Assembly (NCBI GenBank): GCA_029258835.1 | Contig: JAPDJY010000053.1 | Location: forward strand, 1 to 64,000 | DNA from: Thermoproteota archaeon | GTDB lineage: Archaea > Asgardarchaeota > Jordiarchaeia > Jordiarchaeales > Freyrarchaeaceae | Length of the DNA: 64,000 nucleotides | Direction of reading: 5' to 3' | In this document: piece by piece, positions 7,664 to 16,988 of the stretch | Numbering within the stretch: the first letter of the stretch is position 1 | Layout: every line of letters starts with the position of its first letter | Translations under genes and position numbers: made by a program | The notes under the pieces: model-generated | The model's database searches: none | The model's input: only the letters and a program-made list of their open reading frames with translations | What the model was told of the DNA's origin: nothing

Positions 7664-9934
7664 TTGTCTTCTAAGCAGATTTCAAGGGAGTTGCTGGAGC
7701 AGTTCGGTTTGAGTGGAGACGAAATAAATGTTTATTTGGCTGCTTTGGGTCTTGGAGAGTTTTCTCTTAGTGATTTGGTGAATTGCTTGGCATTGCCATT
7801 TGATGTTGTTAGTAAGATTGTTAATAGGTTGGTGGAAATTGGCTTTCTACGTAGGGTTCCTGGTTCCGTTGAGCATTATGTTGTCCTTGAGCCGTTTCTG
7901 GAGTTTTTCGTCAGCTTTTACGAGAAGATCGGAAGGGAACTTCAGTCTTTAAGAGAGGAAATCCTTTCTTCCTTCGACGAGGCTTCCCGTAGCATTCAAG
8001 CGTTCTCCGGCATGGTTGTGAGGGAGGCTTCAAGGTTCTTTGCTGACGAGGCGGCTGGCTTAGAGGAGTTCACGGGTAGGATGTGTGATGAATATGGGAG
8101 GATTGTGGAGGAAGGAAAGGATCTTTTAAGGGGGATTGTGGTTTCCGTTGAGGAGCTTCTGGAGGAGCTTTTGTCCACTTTCATGGTTAAAATGAGGGAT
8201 GTTGAGCGCTTCGAGGGGAAGGCGGTTAGCCTTTCAGAAGCTATGTCTGACTTCTTGAAGCGTATAGATGAGGGGACGAGAGCCACGATTGACGCTCAAG
8301 TTAAGCTTATAGGGGCACTTCAAAGCGACGTACGCAGGAGGCTTGATGGTTTAGCTGTTCAAATGAGGGAGGCTCTTGAGAACCATTACAGGAGCCACGT
8401 TAAAACCGTGGATGAGCTAGTGGCTGCGCTTGGAGAACTGTTCAGTAAGGAAATTGAGGGGTTACGGAGCTTCGTGGAGAAGCAGGAGATGGAGGCAAAC
8501 TGGCTTGTTGAGACCTTAGCTGTTAAGATTGGAGGGTTTATCCGTTCTATAGGGAACAAATACGTTCAGATTATAACGGAGAGCTTTCAGAGAAGAAGCG
8601 AATTAACACAAGGGCTTCTGTTTAAGATAAAGGAGTTGGTGAATAAGGTTACTACGATAGCTGAGGAGTTGAAGGAGCTCAGCCGTGGAAGGCGGTCTTT
8701 CATCGGCAGGTTCGGAGCTTCAAGGCTTCGGGCTGCTTTAAGGATATGGGCTTCCGAAGCTGAAAAGGTGTCTGACGAAGTTAAGGAGATTCTTAGACAG
8801 ATAGTTGAGGGGGAAGAGGCTGAGAAGAGAAGCAATGAGGAGCTCATCGAGGAGATTTTAGGGAGAGTGGAGGAGGATTACGAGAACATTAAGAGTGCTT
8901 TTAGTGGCATGAAGAGAGAGGTTGAGGAGAGGATAGGGATCGCCCCCGAAATATTCGAGACAAGGGTTACTAGCGAGATAAACTCTGCACTACTTAGGAG
9001 TACTAGGAGCTGTGAAGACACGACTAACATTCTTTTAACCATCCTTTCCGAGGAGTCTAAGAGTCTAATTGAGGAGTTAATCTCGTCTTTAGCCTCTTAT
9101 GCGAAAGAGGTGGCCGGTCTTCTCACATCATATGTGAAGGAAGCGGTTGAGCTTGTTAAGCTGGTAGAGTACAGCGCTCTGCTCATACGCAGGAAGGCTG
9201 CGAAAATAATGCAGGAGAAAGCCTACGAGTACGATAAAAGGGGGGAAGAGTTAGTTGAGAACGTGGTGGAGAAGAGGGAAGCTTTACTGGAGGAGTTTAA
9301 GAGTAAGCTAGATGGAAGGAAGGAAGACTTTAACAGAGAGGTTCTCAGGGAAGCTGAAAGTGCATCAGGAGTTCTTAAAAGGGCTGTAGATAACTTTAAG
9401 CAAGTTATAGACGAGTTACACCTTAAAATAAGCGAGAACGTGGAGATCTTAGAGGACGTTTGGCAGACCTCCCTTGACGTTTCACCAGTATACACCGGCA
9501 CTTGGATTGTTAAAGGTAAAGAAGCTGTAGTGAACCATATGGTTTCTATGCTAAGGAGAGCAAGGGGGAAGGCGGTTTTAGTTCTCCCTCAGCCTGTCCA
9601 CGAGGTATTGGAGGCAGCAAGTAAGGTGGGGAGTAACGTAGCAGTTAAGTTAGCCGTGAAGACCGCGGTGGAAACACCCATCATTCGCGAACTCTCATTT
9701 ATGGAGAACGTAGAAGTGTACTTGTGTCCAGACGCCGACTTCTGGGGGGCAATAATTGATGAAAAAGAGGTTTTAATAGCCCCGGTTGATCCTGACGGAA
9801 CATTAGTTGCAACTGTTTCTGAGCGGGAGGGACCTGTAAAAGTTTATGGCAGACTAATAATGAAGTTCTTCGCCGACAAGTTAATGAGGAAAGTCAAAGA
9901 AAAGGAAGTTGAGGAAAGAAAAGAGGTAATATAA
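7664..9934 (+). CDS. TrmB-type HTH protein with long coiled-coil and C-terminal TrmB/PLD-like domain
   Basis: N-term LEQFGLSGDEINVYLAAL...LVEIGFL (TrmB wHTH), long acidic helical middle region, C-term TWIVKGKEAV...DEKEVLIAP. Confidence 0.75.
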   Translation: MSSKQISRELLEQFGLSGDEINVYLAALGLGEFSLSDLVNCLALPFDVVSKIVNRLVEIGFLRRVPGSVEHYVVLEPFLEFFVSFYEKIGRELQSLREEILSSFDEASRSIQAFSGMVVREASRFFADEAAGLEEFTGRMCDEYGRIVEEGKDLLRGIVVSVEELLEELLSTFMVKMRDVERFEGKAVSLSEAMSDFLKRIDEGTRATIDAQVKLIGALQSDVRRRLDGLAVQMREALENHYRSHVKTVDELVAALGELFSKEIEGLRSFVEKQEMEANWLVETLAVKIGGFIRSIGNKYVQIITESFQRRSELTQGLLFKIKELVNKVTTIAEELKELSRGRRSFIGRFGASRLRAALRIWASEAEKVSDEVKEILRQIVEGEEAEKRSNEELIEEILGRVEEDYENIKSAFSGMKREVEERIGIAPEIFETRVTSEINSALLRSTRSCEDTTNILLTILSEESKSLIEELISSLASYAKEVAGLLTSYVKEAVELVKLVEYSALLIRRKAAKIMQEKAYEYDKRGEELVENVVEKREALLEEFKSKLDGRKEDFNREVLREAESASGVLKRAVDNFKQVIDELHLKISENVEILEDVWQTSLDVSPVYTGTWIVKGKEAVVNHMVSMLRRARGKAVLVLPQPVHEVLEAASKVGSNVAVKLAVKTAVETPIIRELSFMENVEVYLCPDADFWGAIIDEKEVLIAPVDPDGTLVATVSEREGPVKVYGRLIMKFFADKLMRKVKEKEVEERKEVI

Positions 9935-10091
9935 TAAGTTTTTCACTGGAGAGAAAGAGCGGTTCACCTCTAAACCGCTTCGTAGACGTTTAAACGAGTC
10001 AGCCCTTTACGGTAAAGATTATACTTAGTTGGCACCTACGAATGTATGAAGGTGGCTTTTTAATGACCTCCTACCTAGGTTTCAGTTTTCT

Positions 10092-10147
10092 AAGGCAGGT
10101 GGAAGGGGATCATCCTCTTTTGGATGGAATGACCCTTTCTTTGTCTT
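10092..10147 (+). ncRNA. k-turn hairpin (5' UTR element or small RNA)
   Basis: GGAAGGG-GA-TCATCC loop GGATGG-AAT-GA-CCCTTTC, extended by AAGGCAG/TTGTCTT. Confidence 0.45.
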
Positions 10148-10201
10148 GTTAAGTTAAGGTTGCCTATTTAAGGGAGGTTGAGGTGGTAGGGGAGGTTAAA
10201 A

Positions 10202-10978
10202 TTGGATGGAATAAAAGCAAAGCGTTTTTCCCTTACGAGTGGAGGTGTCATGCTGGGAGGCATGATGTACCTTCCATGCGGCCGGTTGAAGGCGCCGGCT
10301 GTATGCTTCTGCCACGGATTGCCGAGGATTGCTAAGCCTGTTGAGGAGAAAGGGTACTCGGCGCTTGCCGAAGAGTTTGCCCGGGAGGGGTTCGTAAGCT
10401 TAATCTTCAACTTTCAAGGAACCTGTGGCAGTGAGGGGACGTTCTCTTTTTCCTCTTGGTCACGAAATTTAGATGACATGATCTCCTACCTTTCCTCGGT
10501 GGACATGGTTGATGGTGAGAGGATCGCGGTAGTTGCCTTCAGCGCCGGCGCCATAGTGGCAACCTACAATGTCGTCAACGACCATCGTGTGAGTGCTTTT
10601 GTATGCTGCTCTTGCCCTTCAGACACCGAGAGAAGCGCTTTTCTTATCCTTGAAGGAGTTAGGTTGGCTGGAGATGCAGGCGTCGTCAGGCTTCCTCTAG
10701 GAGACATGGAAGAGCTTACTAGAAAATTGAGAGAGGAACTCTACGCTTTTAACCCTAAAAGGTGGATTTCCAAGGTTTCCCCAAAGCCCTTACTTCTCGT
10801 CCATGGAGGAAGCGATGAGATTTTTCCTGTTGAAAACGTGTACGAACTCTTTGAGGCTGCAAGGGAACCGAAGGAAATCTTGGTTGTCGAAGGAGTCGGC
10901 CACCACGTCAGGAGCAGTAGGGAGGCTGTGAGTGGTATGCTTAACTGGCTCAAAAAGGTGTTGCTCGAAGAAGGATAA
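10202..10978 (+). CDS. Alpha/beta-fold hydrolase
   Basis: CHG oxyanion motif, AFSAG nucleophile elbow, HGGSDE, GVGHH. Confidence 0.88.
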   Translation: MDGIKAKRFSLTSGGVMLGGMMYLPCGRLKAPAVCFCHGLPRIAKPVEEKGYSALAEEFAREGFVSLIFNFQGTCGSEGTFSFSSWSRNLDDMISYLSSVDMVDGERIAVVAFSAGAIVATYNVVNDHRVSAFVCCSCPSDTERSAFLILEGVRLAGDAGVVRLPLGDMEELTRKLREELYAFNPKRWISKVSPKPLLLVHGGSDEIFPVENVYELFEAAREPKEILVVEGVGHHVRSSREAVSGMLNWLKKVLLEEG

Positions 10979-10986
10979 GCACCGTT

Positions 10987-12114
10987 TTAGTCTGTCCCCC
11001 GCTGCTTCTCCTCTATCACCCGGTCGTATTCTGTGGGGATGGCGCAGCACGCGTTTAGCCGCTTCACCTTTAATCCTAGCTCCTCTGCCTCCCTCAGAGC
11101 CTTCCGTGTTGGGAGAACAATTCTATCCACTATGTTTAGGGATAACAGGTCGATTTCCTCCCTTACCTTGCCGGGGGGCCTCATGCATCCTAGGGCTATA
11201 GAGGTGCTTCTAAGCATGAGCCTTGCAACAGCCATTACTTTCGCTGCTTCAAGCGGACTCGGAGGCGGAGCGTTTTCCATCCTTGTCCCCTTAGTAGGGG
11301 TGAAAACTATGAAAACAAGCACTTCAGGGTTTAACTCCTTCACTATCTTCAGGGCTTCGACTTCCCCTTCAGTTCTCCCATAGTTGAGCCCTATGCATAT
11401 GTGGGGGACCACGTGCCGTATGCCTGCCTTCACATGGTTGAATGCCGCCTTCCTGTAATCTTCAACGTCCTTATCAAGTCCGTAAATGTTTCTTATCACC
11501 TTGCGGCTCCCCACGATGTCAAGTGATGCTACATCTATCCTTGCCCATGCTAGACGGCGGGCTAGCTCCTCCCCTATAAGACCCGTGTGAACGTTGACGA
11601 GGAGGGTCGTCTCCTCCTTCACCCTTCTTATGGCGTCTATGAATGGGGCGAGCGGAACGTACCCTTCTCTGCTGCTCCCCCCACTAATCAGGCACCCTAC
11701 GGCGCCCTCCATGTCGAGCCTAGTACATGTCTCGTAGAGGCTTCTAGGGGTTACAGCGGGGATCATGTGGGACAAGTAATGTCTGTTGCAGTGTGCACAG
11801 TTAAGCCCGCATTTAGTCCCGGTGATGGATATGGGTGGGAAGAGTGGGGAGGGAGTGTAAACTTTCAGGCAGCGGCCGGCAATGCTGTCGGTGACGGCCC
11901 TAGCTGTTTCTAGCAGAGGTTCAGGGTTTTTTATGTTGAGTAGCAGCTTGGCTTCAGTGTAAGTTATAGGTTTCTCTAATGCTTTTTCAAGTATTTCCGT
12001 AAAGTTTTTCTTCAAGCCATCCCCCGGTTCTCTTGCTTTCAAGAAAATCAGGAAGTAAAGGTTTAAAGTTTTTAGGGTGTCCATGTTGGATATACCCAAG
12101 GCAACCTTAGTCAA
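10987..12114 (-). CDS. lipS1: Radical SAM protein, archaeal lipoyl synthase subunit LipS1-like (likely start TTG 12015)
   Basis: ISITGTKCGLNCAHC (CX3CX2C) plus the GCMR and CC motifs of LipS1; lipoate-protein ligase nearby. Confidence 0.75.
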   Translation of the reverse strand: MTKVALGISNMDTLKTLNLYFLIFLKAREPGDGLKKNFTEILEKALEKPITYTEAKLLLNIKNPEPLLETARAVTDSIAGRCLKVYTPSPLFPPISITGTKCGLNCAHCNRHYLSHMIPAVTPRSLYETCTRLDMEGAVGCLISGGSSREGYVPLAPFIDAIRRVKEETTLLVNVHTGLIGEELARRLAWARIDVASLDIVGSRKVIRNIYGLDKDVEDYRKAAFNHVKAGIRHVVPHICIGLNYGRTEGEVEALKIVKELNPEVLVFIVFTPTKGTRMENAPPPSPLEAAKVMAVARLMLRSTSIALGCMRPPGKVREEIDLLSLNIVDRIVLPTRKALREAEELGLKVKRLNACCAIPTEYDRVIEEKQRGTD

Positions 12115-13102
12115 AGCTAAACTTTTAGAGTATGGGAGAGTTTACGTGGATCGAAAGAGACTTAAGTACTTCCCCGACCACTCTACTGCAGGTCCAAGCG
12201 CTGGTGTTGACTGCATTTTCCTCGGCTTTGAGGGGCGCCTAGTTCGTCTTTCTCTTGCAGAGCGGGATGAAAGATGTACTTACATCCCAAACGTTGGGGT
12301 AAAACTTGACGAGTCCGTTTACCCTGCACATGAGGTTGAAAGTGCTTTGCATTGTCCAGGACAGGCGTTTCTTAACTTAGACTCTAACTGCAGGTTTAAC
12401 TGCAAGTTTTGCGCTACACCCGTCCTGTCTTCCCACGTCACTCACAGGGTTTTAAGGGAGGAAGTTGTTGTCAGAATCGTTGAACGTGTGAAGAGCAAGA
12501 TTGAGGGGATTGCCCTCACAACAGGCGTCTTCGGCACCGTTGACGAAACCGTGGAGCACATGGTGAGGGTGGTCGCCGCGTTAAGAGAATACTTTGGTGA
12601 TGGATTACCTATAGGCGTAGAACCCTTGGTGACGAAAAGAAGGCACGTTGACATGCTTTACAGTGCTGGAGCAGACGAGGTTAAGGTAAACGTTGAAAGC
12701 TACGATCCGGAAACATTTAGAAGAGTATGTCCAAAGATCGACTATAATACTAACCTTGAAATGTTGAGGTATGCGGTACGTGTCTTCGGCGAAAACCATG
12801 TCTGCTCAAATATAATAGTAGGCCTTGGAGAGGACGAGGAATCCGTCGATGAGGGGGTACGGGCTCTAGCAGAGTGGGGGGTGGTGGCGTCACTCAGACC
12901 ATTAAGCGTCAACCCTTTTGTGAGAGAGCAGCTGGCTGAAGCTACCGGTGGAAGAGCTAAGAGGCCTAGTGCTGAGAGGCTTTTAAGACATGCGTTAAAG
13001 CAGAAGTTCGTCCTTGAAGAGAAAGGATTAGACACGCGTAAGTTTAAAACCATGTGTTTAAAGTGCACTGCATGCGACATCGTCCCGCAGAAGGACCTGT
13101 GA
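12077..13102 (+). CDS. Radical SAM protein (biotin-synthase-related)
   Basis: HCPGQAFLNLDSNCRFNCKFC; C-terminal CLKCTACD. Confidence 0.85.
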   Translation: MSMLDIPKATLVKAKLLEYGRVYVDRKRLKYFPDHSTAGPSAGVDCIFLGFEGRLVRLSLAERDERCTYIPNVGVKLDESVYPAHEVESALHCPGQAFLNLDSNCRFNCKFCATPVLSSHVTHRVLREEVVVRIVERVKSKIEGIALTTGVFGTVDETVEHMVRVVAALREYFGDGLPIGVEPLVTKRRHVDMLYSAGADEVKVNVESYDPETFRRVCPKIDYNTNLEMLRYAVRVFGENHVCSNIIVGLGEDEESVDEGVRALAEWGVVASLRPLSVNPFVREQLAEATGGRAKRPSAERLLRHALKQKFVLEEKGLDTRKFKTMCLKCTACDIVPQKDL

Positions 13103-13111
13103 GGGAACGGT

Positions 13112-13963
13112 ATGCCCAGAGTGGTACACCCGCAGAAAGTGAACCTAATTAAGGGGGTGGTGGATGAGGGAGACCTTATTGGAAGGAGGGTGTTCCACGT
13201 AACAGAGTACGTTGTGGCGGGAGGAAGTGACGGGTGGAGGGTTTTCCAAGTTGAAACAGGGAAGGGAGCACTTTTAAGAGAGGTTACCGGGGCTCGGATG
13301 CTGAGCAATGAGGATGAAACAGTTTTTGTGGAAGTGAACGTTGACCCCACGTCTAAGAGGGACGTCTTAGCTTCCATCTCCGGAAAAGTCGATGGCGCTA
13401 TTAGAAGTGTTGTTTACAAGGCGAAATACGGGCACGTCGGCTTAGCATTGTTCGAGCCGCCAGACACACACGTACACATAGTTGAGGTTGAGCCGCCATC
13501 CCCCAAACTCATAGATTACGTTGAAGTAAGCCGTCGTGAGGGGCTGCTGAGAAGAGACACAAGATTCTCCTGCAGTGTGGTCAACGTTCTAGAGTTAATC
13601 GATAGGGAAAACAGGTTGATCCTCCCTTGCAGGATCATGGAGGTTAAAGGGGGAGTGACGCTTGACGAGGACGTAGCCAACATAGAAAGGGCTAAGGGAA
13701 GCTTCACCCTCCTAGGCTGCCCTGTAACCTTAGCCACCGTTAAAGAGCTTAACCCAAGGTTAAAGGTTAAACTCGTAGACATGTGCCCTGTCCACCTCGC
13801 TCGAAGAATAAAGAGCGACGCCGACTTCTACATGGTTCGCTGCTGCAGGGCAAGCATTCACGGAACACTAAGCTACCATGCTGGAAGGAGGAAGGTGATT
13901 GCACTTCAATGGAGCCCGAGCCTTGAAGAATTCCTAGACGCGATCTATCACGGATCTACTTAG
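13112..13963 (+). CDS. Cys-containing hypothetical protein co-transcribed with the radical SAM gene
   Basis: 9-nt gap after the radical SAM gene; LPC, LGC, MCP and RCCR motifs suggest metal/Fe-S binding. Confidence 0.7.
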   Translation: MPRVVHPQKVNLIKGVVDEGDLIGRRVFHVTEYVVAGGSDGWRVFQVETGKGALLREVTGARMLSNEDETVFVEVNVDPTSKRDVLASISGKVDGAIRSVVYKAKYGHVGLALFEPPDTHVHIVEVEPPSPKLIDYVEVSRREGLLRRDTRFSCSVVNVLELIDRENRLILPCRIMEVKGGVTLDEDVANIERAKGSFTLLGCPVTLATVKELNPRLKVKLVDMCPVHLARRIKSDADFYMVRCCRASIHGTLSYHAGRRKVIALQWSPSLEEFLDAIYHGST

Positions 13964-14068
13964 CCAAGTTTTGTGGTTACGTTCTTCAACTTTACGCTTT
14001 AACTATGTAAAAATTACATTTAGTAATAAAAAAACGGGATGTATATATTCTTATAATGCATAATACGT

Positions 14069-14081
14069 AAAATTTATATAT
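14069..14081 (+). promoter_or_regulatory. TATA promoter of the candidate sRNA at about 14105
   Basis: AAAATTTATATAT, identical to the element at 7465-7477; no + strand ORF follows. Confidence 0.55.
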
Positions 14082-14104
14082 AGGTGTTTTATCTTTGTCT
14101 AAAC

Positions 14105-14240
14105 AGCGAAAAATAAGTAGTTTGCTCTTACCTCCCTCCTCCCCTCCCTCCAACCCGCGGGGGCGGCCCAACTAGTTCTTCATTCCCCTCCTCTCCCTCC
14201 TCCCCCCACCCACGGAATGAAATGGATGGGCTGCCCCCGC
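14105..14240 (+). ncRNA. Candidate sRNA with CCUCCUCCC motifs
   Basis: Long hairpin 14157-14240 (GCGGGGGCGGCCCA/TGGGCTGCCCCCGC; TTCATTCC/GGAATGAA). CCTCCTCCC lies in the loop (14196-14204) and in the single-stranded leader (14135-14143); the locus sits between convergent genes. Confidence 0.65.
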
Positions 14241-14253
14241 CTAACTTCTAAAG

Positions 14254-15096
14254 TCACCTGCGGAGGTTCCATTCGTCACGGGAATACTTATCATCCACAA
14301 GCTCCTTTACAAGGCGTTCCTCGTAATCGGTAAGTTTCCCTTCTTTCAACTTTATACCTAGAGCTTTTTCAAAGCCCATTTTTATGGCGTCCTTTACCAG
14401 TTCAATGCTGGGCGGCTCGCCTAGTATTTTTTCGAGACTTGTTACTCTTTCACTTATATTCCTCGCTTGCTTATCACTCATTTTTTCTTTTGGGATCAGC
14501 AGTACCTGCTTCATGGTTTCTATGTCCGCCTTAATTAGCAGGGTTCCATGGTGGAGGACTACTCCCTTCCTTCTGGTCTGAGAGCTACCGCTAATCTTCT
14601 TCCCGCCTACAAGTATGTCGTTAACTGGCTGGAAAACGGCGTCTATGCCGAGTATTCGGAGGGCTTCAATCACCCCGCCACATAGCACCTCGTATGATTC
14701 GGCTATGTTCTTGGGAATTCGAGGGTGATCCTCACCGACCACAACAGAGTATATTATGCCATTATGATCGGAATATATTGCTCCGCCGCCGGTTATCCTC
14801 CTGCTAATCTCCACTCCCAACCTACGGCACGCGGCAAGGTCAACCGTCTTCTCTACGGATTGAAAGTAACCTATGGAAACCGCAGGGGGCTTTCTCCTGT
14901 AGAGGAACACCGTGTTTGGGCACTTCCCCTCTGCACGGGCAAGAAGAATGGCTTCAGCCACCGCTCCGCTGGTAGGTGGATCAATCAGGTCAAAATCGAT
15001 GTAGCGCCAAACCTCCAACTGTGACCCCTCCAACATCCAAAAAAGAAAACCTTCTTTAAATTGTTTCCAGTCCTTTAGAAGCGGCTTCCCTTTCAA
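14254..15096 (-). CDS. lplA: Lipoate-protein ligase A family (catalytic domain)
   Basis: VSIGYFQ, RRITGGGAIY, NDILVGGKKISGSSQ, HHGTLL. Confidence 0.9.
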   Translation of the reverse strand: MKGKPLLKDWKQFKEGFLFWMLEGSQLEVWRYIDFDLIDPPTSGAVAEAILLARAEGKCPNTVFLYRRKPPAVSIGYFQSVEKTVDLAACRRLGVEISRRITGGGAIYSDHNGIIYSVVVGEDHPRIPKNIAESYEVLCGGVIEALRILGIDAVFQPVNDILVGGKKISGSSQTRRKGVVLHHGTLLIKADIETMKQVLLIPKEKMSDKQARNISERVTSLEKILGEPPSIELVKDAIKMGFEKALGIKLKEGKLTDYEERLVKELVDDKYSRDEWNLRR

Positions 15097-15473
15097 AAAC
15101 TAATAGAAAAATGGAGGAAGGGAGGAAGATGCAAATTTAAAAGTTAATATGGGAATTTCCCTTTGACTGTTTGAGACCACCTTCTCTTAAGGTGTAACGT
15201 AGAAGAGTACTGAGTACTGATCCCCCTGCTTTCCCTCATGGAACATCACGTAACCCTATGGGAATGTGAATACTCAAGGGCAAACCGAAAAAGGACCGAA
15301 CAGAAAGGGAAGATAACGGATCCCAAAAAGTAGATAGGAAGATAAGACTTCTTTAAAGCAGCATGGGCATGGGGAGCCCTTTCGCTAAAATTTTGCTAAA
15401 AGCTAGTAATAAATAATAAAAAAGTAAGTAATAAAAAATAAAAAATGAAAAATAAATAAATTAAAAAATGAAG

Positions 15474-15656
15474 TTATATGGGGTAGGGGAGGGGGACCGG
15501 TAGGATCCAGCCGCCGATGATGGGAGCCCACATTGAGTACCATGGTGAGGGGGCGAAGACGTAGGGCCATGCTGCTGTTAGCCCTGTGCTGACTGATGCT
15601 GCTAGTAGTGCTAGGAGGGTTATTAGTGCTACTAATATTTTCTTCATTTTTGTCAC
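15474..15656 (-). CDS. Small secreted Trp/Pro-rich peptide (likely ATG 15647)
   Basis: MKKILVALITLLALLAASVSTGLTA signal peptide; strong purine-rich RBS; long T-rich tract after the stop. Confidence 0.65.
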   Translation of the reverse strand: MTKMKKILVALITLLALLAASVSTGLTAAWPYVFAPSPWYSMWAPIIGGWILPVPLPYPI

Positions 15657-15874
15657 CGCCTCCCCTCCTTCTGGAAGAGATAAAAGGGGAACAGAAAAAG
15701 TGGTTAAAATTATGTTGGGGGAGGCGGGTGGAGTGCGATAAAAATGAGTGTTTTAGCGTGTGTTGAAGGGGGAGGGTTGATTGGAGTTGAGTTTCCTTGG
15801 GGGTGATTGCGTGGAGGGAAAAGGATTTTAGTTGTTTTCCCATCGTGTTCGAGTAGGATTATGAAGGGTGGTAT

Positions 15875-16378
15875 GTGAAGTTGTATCTTATGGCGGAGGA
15901 GCTGGATAGGGCGGATTCAATCTCGGAGATATTTAGGGTGGTTGAGACTGTTATACTGAGAAAGCTTGGGAAGCATAGGCCTGTCATGCTTGGAGTGGCG
16001 GAGATGGGGATGCGGGGGGAACTCGTGATAGGGGCGTTTCACCCTGTTGGATCAACCCTTATAGTTCTTAACAAGACTCCGCTAGAGAGGATCAAGGCAT
16101 CTTCGAGAAGGCTTTTAAATGCGTACTGTTTCCACATGTTGCTTCACGAATACCTTCACAGCTTGGGGATGCTTGACGAGCGGGATGTTAGAAGAATGGT
16201 TTATGAGATAAGTAGGGAGTTCCTAGGACCCGAGCATCCAGCCACCGTGATGAGTTCTAGGGGGGTCACACATTACTTTCCCTTCATAACATATCCGGCT
16301 CCAGGGGAAAATGCACCAAACTTGAAAATAGAGATAGTTAAGGATTTCACGCAGCAAAGTGTAACGTATTTCTCATAG
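15875..16378 (+). CDS. Hypothetical zincin-like protein (HExxH)
   Basis: LLHEYLHSLG motif. Confidence 0.75.
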   Translation: MKLYLMAEELDRADSISEIFRVVETVILRKLGKHRPVMLGVAEMGMRGELVIGAFHPVGSTLIVLNKTPLERIKASSRRLLNAYCFHMLLHEYLHSLGMLDERDVRRMVYEISREFLGPEHPATVMSSRGVTHYFPFITYPAPGENAPNLKIEIVKDFTQQSVTYFS

Positions 16379-16783
16379 GGTGCTTGGCTCCCAGCGCCCA
16401 TTTTTGATGAGGTTTTTCGGGGTGCAGTATTTTTTGACTATGGGGTTTTTAGGGTTGCCAACGTAGACCCATGCCTTTACCCGGCTGCCATCGTTAAGGA
16501 TGACTGCCTTTTCCTTCCTGAAGTAAAGTGAGTTGGGATCCATGTTATCGCATCCCTCGTACCTGTCGATTGAGGCTATGACCTCTTCTAGGTTAAATAT
16601 TTCGATGACCTTGCCATAGACAAGGCTGCCTTCTGACTCGTCTTCTATCAGGATGGGAAACCAGCTAGCCCTGTAAAGGCGTCCTCTGACGGCGCCTTCC
16701 ATCACCTTAACAGGTTTAATCCCCCATCGTCTTTCAAGGAATTCCATGTTCATTAGCGTTCCGTAGGCAAAAATCCGGTTCAA
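16373..16783 (-). CDS. Gamma-glutamylcyclotransferase (AIG2-like) family protein
   Basis: FAYGTLM, DRYEG, AWVY. Confidence 0.88.
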   Translation of the reverse strand: MNRIFAYGTLMNMEFLERRWGIKPVKVMEGAVRGRLYRASWFPILIEDESEGSLVYGKVIEIFNLEEVIASIDRYEGCDNMDPNSLYFRKEKAVILNDGSRVKAWVYVGNPKNPIVKKYCTPKNLIKNGRWEPSTL

Positions 16784-16988
16784 CCTTTACCCCCAGCTAT
16801 TTTAAGTCAGAAATGTGTGAGTTTTCCTTTAAAAAAGAATGATTATCCTTAGATTAATTAAGTTCACGTTTTGGTTGTGAGTCTGAGTTTAAGGAGAACC
16901 AAATGGCGTGGAAGTTGAAGGAGGGTTACGCGGGATCGAAAATGACTTATGGGGGGTAGGAGGATTATTTCGGTTACAGGTGGGGTTT

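Noticed and set aside
15403-15843. 146-aa minus-strand ORF
   Set aside because: Low-complexity alternative frame over the signal-peptide ORF and its T-rich tail.
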